Source: Antedon mediterranea
Taxonomy: Eukaryota > Animalia > Echinodermata
Assembly: GCF_964355755.1 (NCBI RefSeq)
Contig: NC_092676.1
Span: 21,904,871-21,968,870 of the forward strand
Length of the DNA stretch: 64,000 bases
Direction of reading: 5' to 3'
Shown: positions 24,688 to 39,765 of the stretch, piece after piece
Layout: the number at the start of each line of letters is the position of its first letter
How positions within the stretch are numbered: position 1 is the stretch's first letter
The notes under the pieces: model-generated
What the model was told of the DNA's origin: nothing
Database searches by the model: none
The model's input: the letters and a program-made list of their open reading frames with translations, nothing else
Program-made: the position numbers and the translations under genes

Positions 24688-27600
24688 TATGGCAAGCCTC
24701 AGCTGTCTGAAGTATTCAAAATATTATATTATTATATCATTTTTTTATTATATTATATATTGTATTGTAATGAATTATACGTTTTGCATTATATTACTTG
24801 GTTTTAGCATTATATTATATCTATTTCTAATATATTATGTGAAAAATGTAACAAATTATTGACTTTTTGTATTATATTATTTGGTTTTAGCATTATATTA
24901 TGAACATTTAATATTATATTATTAATAAAATACATTATATTATAATATAATTGTATTATATTAAACGCATTTACTTTACTTTATAACATACAACATTATT
25001 ATATTATACGGATTCGTTAGTTATATTATTATTTTGTATGATTTTTATTATACGTCACGGCTTATTTCAGTTCTTCTAACTCTTTCTCTCCCTCCCCCTG
25101 TTCACTAGCAATCAGCGGCCGGCAGAATCTGAATTGTGTGACTGTTGAAGAATAACTACGTACTAGGCCTAGCCTAGGATCACCGGACAGCTACAACTAA
25201 TACTACAATACAATAATACTACTACAATAACTACTACTGCTACTACCTAGGCCTAGCTAGTGAGTAGTAGGTAGCTACTACTAGGCTCTAGGGCGTATGT
25301 ATGATGTTAACTACTAGGGCCTAGGCTAGACCTAGAGGCCTACTAGTACTAGGCTAGGCCTAGACTTAAGTTGTAGTAGGCTAGGGCCGGGCCTGCTGCC
25401 TTAGGCTAGGCTACTACTACTACTAGGCAGCCCATGATGGGTACGAGTAAGCCAAAATTTTGGATATATGTAAACCAAAATTTGGGTACGAGCGTGTTGG
25501 CATGGCATGCATGGGTACGGGTTGACCTGTATCCTTCTAGCTAATCGTACTATGCCTAGGCCTCAAGTAAGTCTACGCTACCCAGTCCGGCTACAATATG
25601 GTCTATTTTGTTTTATAGCTTTATTGATAGCTGGGTTCAAATCTGGGTTGGGACGGCTTTTTCTCATTCTAAAACAGATTTCCTTATCATAATAAAATAA
25701 TATATGAATTTATTTGTAATATTGTAATGTATACATAATATAAGTAATTGCCATTGTCTTTATTACTATTAATTATATATTATACGGTTACCCCTTAATT
25801 ATACTATAGTATAATTTCCTTGTTATATTTTACAATATTTTCTTCCTAATTCTACAATTTTGTCTTTCACAGCACAAATTTATCATACTGAATCATCACA
25901 CACCAAGTCTCATAAATCTCTACTGTATTTGTCCAAGCTACTCCAGCTACATGGTATTGCCTTGAGGCTAAACTACACGGTATACTGGCACTACCATCAT
26001 TCCTGGCTCGTCAACCTGTACCACATAAGCACAGTTTCAGTTTCAGTTTATTTACCATTTCAATTTCTGAACATAAGAGATGAACAACTTATATGGATGG
26101 ATAACCGTAAGAGCGAAGCTCGTTTACCGGTCACCCGTTAGTGCAGTGACATTACAGACAACATAAAGACAGGACAAAGGTGCAATACTTAACAAGGCAT
26201 GTGAACACTTGTGTTTGCAACCCCTTGGATAAAATAATATATTTATATAAAGAAGAAAGTTAGATATTATAATATTTCTTTTTGATCATACAATGATAAT
26301 TTTTAAATTACTTCTTAAGAAGTCATACTACTGATTCAAAATAGTGACTTACACCCTGTGGTCAAGGCTTTATTTGCTCTTATGCTTATTTATTTCCTCC
26401 AACATACAGAGTACATAGGACTTTTTTTATTCATAACTGTTGAATTGTTTCCCAATACATAGTACCTATTGGTATTATATCTAAAAATACAAAGGCGGCT
26501 AACACAGATAGTTCCATATATACAGTACTCTTTTATAAATAAATGTATCTCTCCAAACTACTCCCAACTACCTAATCTAATAATAGTACTATTAGCATAC
26601 TACTATACACTTTGTAGACAAGAAATAAGTTGTATACACTAGAGGACTTATGGTAGTACAGTCGATCGCCCTCTCACTGGCCCGGTCAACATAATCTATA
26701 CCTAGATTATTACAGTAATTAAAGTACATGATTACAGAGTTTTTTTTTTTTTTGCAGAAATCAAAGTTATGTGTATAGAAAGCAGTACTCGTATTAAAAA
26801 CTAAGCAGGTTGCAGGTCTTGAATGCAAACTGGCAGGATATTTTGAATATTTTTTGTTGTTGAAATGATGGAATCCTAACTTCAATTTCCACGAACTGGA
26901 GACGAAGACATATTATGACCCTTTTATTTAAATTTAATTGAATAGACCTCCATGTAAAGTCATTAAAGGCTACATGATTGTTTTATATTTTAATATGTGA
27001 TAGTAGGAAATAATTGTGTATAATGAGGACTATGAATCTGATATTTACTTGCATTCTTATCTTTTTAAAATATTATTTATAATGCCGGTAATGAGTTTAA
27101 AATTTAATTATATGGACTATTTTTGATAATCATCATGTCCTTATAAATTCATTTATACTTTTTTTGTGTAATATAGTTCATATATTATGTATTAAATAAA
27201 TTGGTAAGGCCCTATACTGTTATTATTTAAGGAAAGTTTATATACATTATTATTTTATGCCTACCAATATTAGTATTAATTGTTTATGTAAATATTTTGT
27301 CTAATTGTCTTGATTTTTGTATAGGCCAATGGCATCAATGTTTTTCTCAAAGCAAATTAGCCTAATAATGCCACATTTAGACACATGATTCATTGATTTC
27401 TGATATTCTGTACTTGTGTATGCATTACTAAAATAGTAGTTAATATATTTCATTTATAATGTATGTATAAACATATATTCATATTTTTTTTAAACATTTT
27501 TAAATTTAAAAATTATTACAATACCTATCTACCTTTCTGATATTGTTACTATTATATAATTTTTGAGGCAGCAATAAAAAAAAATTAAAAAATTTATTTG

Positions 27601-30600
27601 ACTTATACTGTACTATGTTAGTTCAGGAGATGAAGTGTGTGTGGGCAGAAACTAGTGTGTTGGAGGTTGGTGGTGTGAGGTGTATAGTTGTCACTTTAAG
27701 ACCTAAATTAGATGTTTTCTGAAGAAAAGAAGTAAGCGGATACGCTTTCAAACAACTCCAAGAAGATTCACACAAAAATAATTACTTTCCAATAAAATAG
27801 TATAACAGTGTATATTACAGTACATTGAATAAACTCGAGCGGAATAATAACGCACATAAAAAACATTCATTTTCTTGTCGAAAAGTGCCCTCTCTAGTTT
27901 TCTATTAATTTATTAATAATTATTTTTCAATTAATGAGTAATATAAACATATTTTTAAAATTTAATGCTGGAAACTGTATCTACTCCTAACAAAGTTTCA
28001 TATCTCCAAATTTCATCAACGTATTCAAAGCACTTAAATAAATTACATTTAACATTACAAATTCAGGTTTTGGATATAATTTTGCTTAAAAACATATACA
28101 AAAAACATCGATAAAAAATACTTTTCGTATTCAAAAACATTTGATACTTGGTATAAATGTTCAATATAGGTTGCTCCATCCATATTGCAAACAAAAAATA
28201 ACTATCAAGCCATATCACTGATTTTTTAAATTTACGTTTTTACAAAATGTACACTTATGAAAGACCATACAATTCCAACTCATTTTTTTCAAGCTAATAA
28301 CTATTTTGAAAAAACGACCAACAAAAAACGTTCATGAATGCAATTTTTTTTTCTGTGAATAGAGCAACCTATAGTGAACATTTATACCAAGTATCAAATG
28401 TTTTTGAATACGAAAAGTATTTTTTATCGATGTTTTTTGTATATGTTTTTAAGCAAAATTCTATCCAAAACCCGAATTTTTATGTTAAATGTGATATTTA
28501 ATATTGAAGTGCTTTGAATACGTTGATGAAATTTGGAGATATGAAACTTTGTTAGGAGTAGAACCAGCTTCCAGCATTGAATATTAAAAATATGTTCATA
28601 TTACTCATTAATTAATAATAATTATTAATAAATTAATAGAAAACTAGAGAGGGCACTTTTCGAAAAGAATATGAATGTTTTTTTATGTGCGTTATTATTC
28701 CGCTCGAGTTTATTCAATGTACTGTAATATACACTGTTATACTACTTAATTGGAAAGTAATTATTTTTGTGTGAATCTTCTTGGAGTTGTTTGAAAGCGT
28801 ATCCGCTTACTTCTTTTCTTCAGAAAACATCTAATTTAGGTCTTAAAGTGACAACTATACACCTCACACCACCAACCTCCAACACACTAGTTTCTGCCCA
28901 CACACACACTTTATCTCCTGAACTAACATAGTACAGTATAACTCAAATTAATTGTTCTAATTTTTTTTTATTGCTGCCTCAAAGAATATTATATAATAGT
29001 AACAATATCAGAAAGGTAGATAGGTATTGTAATCATATTTAAATTTAAAAATGTTTAAAAAAATATGAATATATGTTTATACATACATTATAAATGAAAT
29101 ATATTAACTACTATTTTAGTAATGCATACACAAGTACAGAATATCAGAAATCAATGAATCATGTGTCTAAATGTGGCATTATTAGGCTAATTTGCTTTGA
29201 GAAAAACATTGATGCCATTGGCCTATACAAAAAATCAAGGCAATTAGACAAAATATTTACATAAACAATTAATACTAATATTGGTAGGCATAAAATAATA
29301 GTGTATATAAACTTTCCTTAAATAGTAACAGTATAGGGCCTTACCAATTTACTTAATACATAATATATGAACTATATTACACAAAAGAAATATAAATGAA
29401 TTTATAAGGACATGATGATTATCAAAAATAGTCAATATAATTAAATTTTAAACTCATTACCGGCATTATAAATAATAATTTAAAAAGATGAGAATGCAAG
29501 TAAATATCAGATTCATAGTCCTCATTATACACAATGATTTTCTACTATCAACAATCATGTAGCCTTTAATGAGTTTACATGGAGGTCTATTCAAATAAAT
29601 TTAAATAAAAGGGTTCGTGGAAATTGAAGTTAGGATTCCATCATTTCAACAACAAAAATATTCAAAATATCCTGCCAGTTTGCGTTCAAGACCTGCAACC
29701 TGCTTAGTTTTTAATACGAGTACTGCTTTCTATACACATAACTTTGATTTCTGCAAAAAAAAAAAAACTCTGTAATAATGTACTTTAATTACTGTAATAA
29801 TCTAGGTATAGATTATGTTGACCGGGCCAGTGAGAGGGCGATCGACTGTACTACCATAAGTCCTCTAGGTGTATACAACTTATTTCTTGTCTACAAAGTG
29901 TATAGTAGTATGCTAATAGTACTATTATTAGATTAGGTAGTTGGGAGTAGTTTTGAATCAGTAGTATGACTTCTTAAGAAGTAATTTAAAAATTATCATT
30001 GTATGATCAAAAAGAAATATTATAATATCTAACTTTCTCCATTATATAAATATATTATTTTATCCAAGGGATTGCAAACACGAATGTTCACATGTCTTGT
30101 TAAGTATTGCACCTTTGTCCTGTCTTTGTGTTGTCTGTAATGTCACTGCACTAACGGGTGACCGGTAAACGAGCTTCGCTCTTACGGTTATCCATCCATA
30201 TAAGTTGTTCATCTCTTATGTTCAGAAATTTAAATGGTAAATAAACTGAAACTGAAACTGTGCTTATGTGGTACAGGTTGACGAGACAGGAATGATGGTA
30301 GTGCCAGTATACCGTGTAGTTTAGCCTCAAGGCAATACAATGTAGCTGGAGTAGCTTGGACAAATACAGTAGAGATTTATGAGACTTGGTGTGTGATGAT
30401 TCAGTATGATAAATTTGTGCTGTGAAAGACAAAATTGTAGAATTAGGAAGAAAATATTGTAAAATATAACAAGGAAATTATACTATAGTATAATTAAGGG
30501 GTAACCGTATAATACATAATTAATAGTAATAAAGGCAATGGCAATTACTTATATTATGTATACATTACAATATTACAAATAAATTATATATTATTTTATT

Positions 30601-31659
30601 ATAAGGAAATCTGTTTTAGAATGAGAAAAAGCCGTCCCAACCCAGATTTGAACCCAGCTATCAATAAAGCTATAATTAAACAAAATAGACCATATTGTAG
30701 CCGGACTGGGTAGCGTAGACTTACTTGAGGCCTAGGCATAGTACGATTAGCTAGAAGGATACAGGTCAACCCGTACCCATGCCATGCCAACACGCTCGTA
30801 CCCAAATTTTGGTTTACATATATCCAAAATTTTGGCTTACTCGTACCCATCATGGGCTGCCTAGTAGTAGTAGTAGTAGCCTAGCCTAGCCTAAGGCAGC
30901 AGGCCCGGCCCTAGCCTACTACAACTTAAGTCTAGGCCTAGCCTAGTACTAGTAGGCCTCTAGGCCTAGCCTAGGCCCTACCTAGTAGTAGTTAACATGG
31001 GAATCCGTTAACATCATACATACGCCCAGAGCCTAGTAGTAGCTACCTACTACTCACTAGCTAGGCCTAGGTAGTAGCAGTAGTAGTTATTGTAGTAGTA
31101 TTATTGTATTGTAGTATTAGTTGTAGCTGTCCGGTGATCCTTGGTCCTTGTCTAGATCCCCTAGTTGGTCTAGGCTAGGCCTAGTACGTAGTTATTCTTC
31201 AACAGTCACACAATTCCGATTCTGCCGGCCACTGATTGCTAGTGAACAGGGGGAGGGAGAGAAAGAGTTAGAAGAACTGAAATAAGCCGTGACGTATAAT
31301 AAACATCATACAAAATAATAGTATAACTAACGAATCCGTATAATATAATAATGTTGTATGTTATAAAGTAAAGTAAATGCGTTTAATATAATACAATTAT
31401 ATTATAATATAATGTATTTTATTAATAATATAATATTAAATGTTCATAATATAATGCTAAAACCAAATAATATAATACAAAACGTCAATAATTTGTTACA
31501 TTTTTCACATAATATATTAGAAATAGATATAATATAATGCTAAAACCAAGTAATATAATCCAAAACGTATAATTCATTACAATACAATATATAATATAAT
31601 AAAAAAATGATATAATAATATAATATTTTGAATACTTCAGACAGCTGAGGCTTGCCATA
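24688..31659 (+). mobile_element. Giant foldback element E1 (6972 bp), non-autonomous, IS3EU-like
   Basis: Ends TATGGCAAGCCTCAGCTGTCTGAAG / CTTCAGACAGCTGAGGCTTGCCATA; TSD CTCCTT at 24682-24687 and 31660-31665; arms of ~3.3-3.5 kb around a ~185-bp spacer at ~28176-28360. Confidence 0.92.
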
Positions 31660-32313
31660 CTCCTTCGTATTAAGATAAATACGGTTTTTCTTATTGGTTT
31701 TACAATTTATTCAAATGTTTGTTTGATTTTCATTCTACTTTGTTATTGTCCATTTATATGTTTTATAGTATATTATTTATTATCTTAATACTAAATAAGT
31801 ACCGTACGGTACTGGATTACACTTAACTTCAATGTCAAGTTTCCGAGTTATTTAATTTAAAATCAAAATAACTAATAGTCCGTGAACAAAGGTGAAATAA
31901 ACTGTTGTCATGTCACATCTTTGTTTTGTTTCGTTGGATAGAAATTCTGAATCTATTTTATTTTTAGTAGTTTACATTTCTGTTTTTCGTAAAAAGGTAT
32001 CATTTGCATGGCGTTCAAAATCATTTGCATTTTTGTCAAAGCGGGTACCACACAATATATAGCCATCTGTGCACAATGCCAATGTTAATTGGCATGCCTT
32101 TCCCTTTGAACCTCAGATGAAGTGCAGCAGCAAACAGAATGTTTTCATTTGATATTATCATACAGTGAAAAGATCTTAAGAATAAAAAAAAAAAAATAAG
32201 ATCAATTAGTTTTCCTCAAATAAAGTTTACACGAAATAAAAAAAAGTCAGTGTCCTACTGCTGCCTTTACTACCTTTACAAACTACCAATCGATATTGTA
32301 GAGAAACGAATTC

Positions 32314-35300
32314 TATGGCAAGCCTCAGCTGTCTGAAGTATTCAAAATATTATATTATTATATCATTTTTTTATTATATTATATATTGTATTGTAATGAA
32401 TTATACGTTTTGGATTATATTACTTGGTTTTAGCATTATATTATATCTATTTCTAATATATTATGTGAAAAATGTAACAAATTATTGACGTTTTGTATTA
32501 TATTATTTGGTTTTAGCATTATATTATGAACATTTAATATTATATTATTAATAAAATACATTATATTATAATATAATTGTATTATATTAAACGCATTTAC
32601 TTTACTTTATAACATACAACATTATTATATTATACGGATTCGTTAGTTATACTATTATTTTGTATGATGTTTATTATACGTCACGGCTTATTTCAGTTCT
32701 TCTAACTCTTTCTCTCCCTCCCCCTGTTCACTAGCAATCAGTGGCCGGCAGAATCGGAATTGTGTGACTGTTGAAGAATAACTACGTACTAGGCCTAGCC
32801 TAGACCAACTAGGGGATCTAGACAAGGACCAAGGATCACCGGACAGCTACAACTAATACTACAATACAATAATACTACTACAATAACTACTACTGCTACT
32901 ACCTAGGCCTAGCTAGTGAGTAGTAGGTAGCTACTACTAGGCTCTGGGCGTATGTATGATGTTAACGGATTCCCATGTTAACTACGGGAATCCTTAACTA
33001 CTACTAGGTAGGGCCTAGGCTAGGCCTAGAGGCCTACTAGTACTAGGCTAGGCCTAGACTTAAGTTGTAGTAGGCTAGGGCCGGGCCTGCTGCCTTAGGC
33101 TAGGCTAGGCTACTACTACTACTACTAGGCAGCCCATGATGGGTACGAGTAAGCCAAAATTTTGGATATATGTAAACCAAAATTTGGGTACGAGCGTGTT
33201 GGCATGGCATGGGTACGGGTTGACCTGTATCCTTCTAGCTAATCGTACTATGCCTAGGCCTCAAGTAAGTCTACGCTACCCAGTCCGGCTACAATATGGT
33301 CTATTTTGTTTTATAGCTTTATTGATAGCTGGGTTCAAATCTGGGTTGGGACGGCTTTCTCTCATTCTAAAACAGATTTCCTTATAATAAAATAATATAT
33401 AATTTATTTGTAATATTGTAATGTATACATAATATAAGTAATTGCCATTGCCTTTATTACTATTAATTATGTATTATACGGTTACCCCTTAATTATACTA
33501 TAGTATAATTTCCTTGTTATATTTTACAATATTTTCTTCCTAATTCTACAATTTTGTCTTTCACAGCACAAATTTATCATATTGAATCATCACACACCAA
33601 GTCTCATAAATCTCTACTGTATTTGTCCAAGCTACTCCAGCTACATGGTATTGCCTTGAGGCTAAACTACACGGTATACTGGCACTACCATCATTCCTGG
33701 CTCGTCAACCTGTACCACATAAGCACAGTTTCAGTTTCAGTTTATTTACCATTTAAATTTCTGAACATAAGAGATGAACAACTTATATGGATGGATAACC
33801 GTAAGAGCGAAGCTCGTTTACCGGTCACCCGTTAGTGCAGTGACATTACAGACAACACAAAGACAGGACAAAGGTGCAATACTTAACAAGACATGTGAAC
33901 ATTCGTGTTTGCAACCCCTTGGATAAAATAATATATTTATATAATGGAGAAAGTTAGATATTATAATATTTCTTTTTGATCATACAATGATAATTTTTAA
34001 ATTACTTCTTAAGAAGTCATACTACTGATTCAAAATAGTGACTTACACCCTGTGGTCAAGGCTTTCTTTTCTCTTATGCTTATTTCCTCCAACATACAGA
34101 GTACATAGGACTTTTTTTATTCATAACTGTTGAATTGTTTCCCAATACATAGTACCTATTGGTATTATATCTAAAAATACAAAGGCGGCTAACACAGATA
34201 GTTCCATATATACAGTACTCTTTTATAAATAAATGTATCTCTCCAAACTACTCCCAACTACCTAATCTAATAATAGTACTATTAGCATACTACTATACAC
34301 TTTGTAGACAAGAAATAAGTTGTATACACCTAGAGGACTTATGGTAGTACAGTCGATCGCCCTCTCACTGGCCCGGTCAACATAATCTATACCTAGATTA
34401 TTACAGTAATTAAAGTACATTATTACAGAGTTTTTTTTTTTTGCAGAAATCAAAGTTATGTGTATAGAAAGCAGTACTCGTATTAAAAACTAAGCAGGTT
34501 GCAGGTCTTGAACGCAAACTGGCAGGATATTTTGAATATTTTTTGTTGTTGAAATGATGGAATCCTAACTTCAATTTCCACGAACCCTTTTATTTAAATT
34601 TATTTGAATAGACCTCCATGTAAACTCATTAAAGGCTACATGATTGTTGATAGTAGAAAATCATTGTGTATAATGAGGACTATGAATCTGATATTTACTT
34701 GCATTCCCATCTTTTTAAATTATTATTTATAATGCCGGTAATGAGTTTAAAATTTAATTATATTGACTATTTTTGATAATCATCATGTCCTTATAAATTC
34801 ATTTATATTTCTTTTGTGTAATATAGTTCATATATTATGTATTAAGTAAATTGGTAGGGCCCTATACTGTTACTATTTAAGGAAAGTTTATATACACTAT
34901 TATTTTATGCCTACCAATATTAGTATTAATTGTTTATGTAAATATTTTGTCTAATTGCCTTGATTTTTTGTATAGGCCAATGGCATCAATGTTTTTCTCA
35001 AAGCAAATTAGCCTAATAATGCCACATTTAGACACATGATTCATTGATTTCTGATATTCTGTACTTGTGTATGCATTACTAAAATAGTAGTTAATATATT
35101 TCATTTATAATGTATGTATAAACATATATTCATATTTTTTTTAACATTTTTAAATTTAAAAATTATTACAATACCTATCTACCTTTCTGATATTGTTACT
35201 ATTATATAATATTCTTTGAGGCAGCAATAAAAAAAAAATTAGAACAATTAATTTGATTTATACTGTACTATGTTAGTTCAGGAGATGAAGTGTGTGTGGG

Positions 35301-38300
35301 CAGAAACTAGTGTGTTGGAGGTTGGTGGTGTGAGGTGTATAGTTGTCACTTTAAGACCTAAATTAGATGTTTTCTGAAGAAAAGAAGTAAGCGCATACGC
35401 TTTCAAACAACTCCAAGAAGATTCACACAAAAATAATTACTTTCCAATAAAGTAGTATAACAGTGTATATTACAGTACATTGAATAAACTCGAGCGGAAT
35501 AATAACGCACATAAAAAAACATTCATTTTCTTTTCGAAAAGTGCCCTCTCTAGTTTTCCAATAATTTATTAATAATTATTATTAATTAATGAGTAATATG
35601 AACATATTTTTAACATTCAATGCTGGAAGCTGGTTCTACTCCTAACAAAGTTTCATATCTCCAAATTTCATCAACGTATTCAAAGCACTTCAATATTAAA
35701 TATCACATTTGACATAAAAATTCGGGTTTTGGATAGAATTTTGCTTAAAAACATATACAAAAAACATCGATAAAAAATACTTTTCGTATTCAAAAACACT
35801 TGATACTTGGTATAAATGTTCACTATAGGTTGCTCTATTCACAGAAAAAAATTGCATTCATGAACGTTTTTTGTTGATTGTTTTTTCAAAATAGTTATTA
35901 GCTTGAAAAAAATGAGTTGGAATTGTATGGTCTTTCATAAGTGTACATTTTGTAAAAACGTAAATTTAAAAAATCAGTGATATGGCTTGATAGTTATTTT
36001 TTGTTTGCAATATGGATGGAGCAACCTATATTGAACATTTATACCAAGTATCAAATGTTTTTGAATACGAAAAGTATTTTTTATCGATGTTTTTGTATAT
36101 GTTTTTAAGCAAAATTATATCCAAAACCTGAATTTGTAATGTTAAATGTAATTTATTTAAGTGGTTTGAATACGTTGATGAAATTTGGAGATATGAAACT
36201 TTGTTAGGAGTAGATACAGTTTCCAGCATTAAATTTTAAAAATATGTTTATATTACTCATTAATTGATAATAATTATTAATAAATTAATAGAAAACTAGA
36301 GAGGGCACTTTTCGACAAGAAAATGAATGTTTTTTATGTGCGTTATTATTCCGCTCGAGTTTATTCAATGTACTGTAATATACACTGTTATACTATTTTA
36401 TTGGAAAGTAATTATTTTTGTGTGAATCTTCTTGGAGTTGTTTGAAAGCGTATCCGCTTACTTCTTTTCTTCAGAAAACATCTAATTTAGGTCTTAAAGT
36501 GACAACTATACACCTCACACCACCAACCTCCAACACACTAGTTTCTGCCCACACACACTTCATCTCCTGAACTAACATAGTACAGTATAAATCAAATTAA
36601 TTGTTCTAATTTTTTTTTTATTGCTGCCTCAAAGAATATTATATAATAGTAACAATATCAGAAAGGTAGATAGGTATTGTAATAATTTTTAAATTTAAAA
36701 ATGTTAAAAAAAATATGAATATATGTTTATACATACATTATAAATGAAATATATTAACTACTATTTTAGTAATGCATACACAAGTACAGAATATCAAAAA
36801 TCAATGAATCATGTGTCTAAATTTGGCATTATTAGGCTAATTTGCTTTGAGAAAAACATTGATGCCATTGGCCTATACAAAAATCAAGGCAATTAGACAA
36901 AATATTTACATAAACAATTAATACTAATATTGGTAGGAATAAAATAATAGTGTATATAAACTTTCCTTAAATAATAACGGTATAGGGCCTTACCAATTTA
37001 TTTAATACATAAAATATGAACTATATTACACAAAAAAAGTATAAATGAATTTATAAGGACATGATGATTATCAAAAATAGTCAATATAATTAAATTTTAA
37101 ACTCATTACCGGCATTATAAATAATATTTTAAAAAGATAAGAATGCAAGTAAATATCAGATTCATAGTCCTCATTATACACAATTATTTCCTACTATCAC
37201 ATATTAAACTAGAAAACAATCATGTAGCCTTTAATGACTTTACATGGAGGTCTATTCAAATAAATTTAAATAAAAGGGTCACAATATGTCTTCGTCTCCA
37301 GTTCGTGGAAATTGAAGTTAGGATTCCATCATTTCAACAACAAAAAATATTCAAAATATCCTGCCAGTTTGCATTCAAGACCTGCAACCTGCTTAGTTTT
37401 TAATACGAGTACTGCTTTCTATACACATAACTTTGATTTCTGAAAAAAAAAAAAAAAACTCTGTAATCATGTACTTTAATTACTGTAATAATCTAGGTAT
37501 AGATTATGTTGACCGGGCCAGTGAGAGGGCGATCGACTGTACTACCATAAGTCCTGTAGGTGTATACAACTTATTTCTTGTCTACAAAGTGTATAGTAGT
37601 ATGCTAATAGTACTATTATTAGATTAGGTAGTTGGGAGTAGTTTGGAGAGATACATCTATCTATAAAAGAGTACTGTATATATGGAACTATCTGTGTTAG
37701 CCGCCTTTGTATTTTTAGATATAATACCAATAGGTACTATGTATTGGGAAACAATTCAACAGTTATGAATAAAAAAAGTCCTATGTACTCTGTATGTTGG
37801 AGGAAATAAGCATAAGAGCAAATAAAGCCTTGACCACAGGGTGTAAGTCACTATTTTGAATCAGTAGTATGACTTCTTAAGAAGTAATTTAAAAATTATC
37901 ATTGTATGATCAAAAAGAAATATTATAATATCTAACTTTCTTCTTTATATAAATATATTATTTTATCCAAGGGGTTGCAAACACAAGTGTTCACATGCCT
38001 TGTTAAGTATTGCACCTTTGTCCTGTCTTTATGTTGTCTGTAATGTCACTGCACTAACGGGTGACCGGTAAACGAGCTTCGCTCTTACGGTTATCCATCC
38101 ATATAAGTTGTTCATCTCTTATGTTCAGAAATTGAAATGGTAAATAAACTGAAACTGAAACTGTGCTTATGTGGTACAGGTTGACGAGCCAGGAATGATG
38201 GTAGTGCCAGTATACCGTGTAGTTTAGCCTCAAGGCAATACCATGTAGCTGGAGTAGCTTGGACAAATACAGTAGAGATTTATGAGACTTGGTGTGTGAT

Positions 38301-39554
38301 GATTCAGTATGATAAATTTGTGCTGTGAAAGACAAAATTGTAGAATTAGGAAGAAAATATTGTAAAATATAACAAGGAAATTATACTATAGTATAATTAA
38401 GGGGTAACCGTATAATATATAATTAATAGTAATAAAGACAATGGCAATTACTTATATTATGTATACATTACAATATTACAAATAAATTCATATATTATTT
38501 TATTATGATAAGGAAATCTGTTTTAGAATGAGAAAAAGCCGTCCCAACCCAGATTTGAACCCAGCTATCAATAAAGCTATAAAACAAAATAGACCATATT
38601 GTAGCCGGACTGGGTAGCGTAGACTTACTTGAGGCCTAGGCATAGTACGATTAGCTAGAAGGATACAGGTCAACCCGTACCCATGCATGCCATGCCAACA
38701 CGCTCGTACCCAAATTTTGGTTTACATATATCCAAAATTTTGGCTTACTCGTACCCATCATGGGCTGCCTAGTAGTAGTAGTAGTAGTAGCCTAGCCTAA
38801 GGCAGCAGGCCCGGCCCTAGCCTACTACAACTTAAGTCTAGGCCTAGCCTAGTACTAGTAGGCCTCTAGGTCTAGCCTAGGCCCTAGTAGTTAACATCAT
38901 ACATACGCCCTAGAGCCTAGTAGTAGCTACCTACTACTCACTAGCTAGGCCTAGGTATTAGTTGTAGTAGTAGTTATTGTAGTAGTATTATTGTATTGTA
39001 GTATTAGTTGTAGCTGTCCGGTGATCCTTGGTCACTTGTCTAGATCCCCTAGTAGGCCAACCCCTAGGCTAGGCCTAGTACGTAGTTATTCTTCAACAGT
39101 CACACAATTCAGATTCTGCCGGCCGCTGATTGCTAAGTGAACAGGGGGAGGGAGAGAAAGAGTTAGAAGAACTGAAATAAGCCGTGACGTATAATAAACA
39201 TCATACAAAATAATAATATAACTAACGAATCCGTATAATATAATAATGTTGTATGTTATAAAGTAAAGTAAATGCGTTTAATATAATACAATTATATTAT
39301 AATATAATGTATTTTATTAATAATATAATATTAAATGTTCATAATATAATGCTAAAACCAAATAATATAATACAAAAAGTCAATAATTTGTTACATTTTT
39401 TACATAATATATTAGAAATATATATAATATAATGCTAAAACCAAGTAATATAATGCAAAACGTATAATTCATTACAATACAATATATAATATAATAAAAA
39501 AATGATATAATAATATAATATTTTGAATACTTCAGACAGCTGAGGCTTGCCATA
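32314..39554 (-). mobile_element. Giant foldback element E2 (7241 bp), left half of the composite
   Basis: Same termini; spacer (~35837-36017) inverted relative to E1; left flank GAATTC, right flank GGTAAC, so no TSD of its own. Confidence 0.92.
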
Positions 39555-39765
39555 GGTAACCGCTGAAAGATACCTCGTTTTGTGCATTCAACACGACCAC
39601 AAGGAACGTGAAGCAAACACTTGCTGCGAGTACGAGTTGGAATATTCAACTTAAACAAAGCAACAAGTGGACAATCATAAACGGAATTGAATGAGTTGTA
39701 TAAAAAAACCATATCAAAAACAACTCTACGATTTTCAAGAGAAATAAGAGAAACATGTTATTATC
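39555..39765 (-). mobile_element. 211-bp CR1/Jockey-group LINE ORF2 3' fragment between E2 and E3
   Basis: Minus-strand SLENRRVVFDMVFLYNSFNSVYDCPLVALFKLNIPTRTRSKCLLHVPCGRVECTKRGIFQRLP aligns by eye with the LINE peptide at ~6740-6930. Confidence 0.78.

Noticed and set aside
25860-26141. Recurrent 93-aa ORF MSFTAQIYH... and the other 61-97-aa ORFs repeated in the arms
   Set aside because: They recur only because the arms are repeated. This one has a non-ATG start, no recognisable domain, and a premature stop in both E4 arms.
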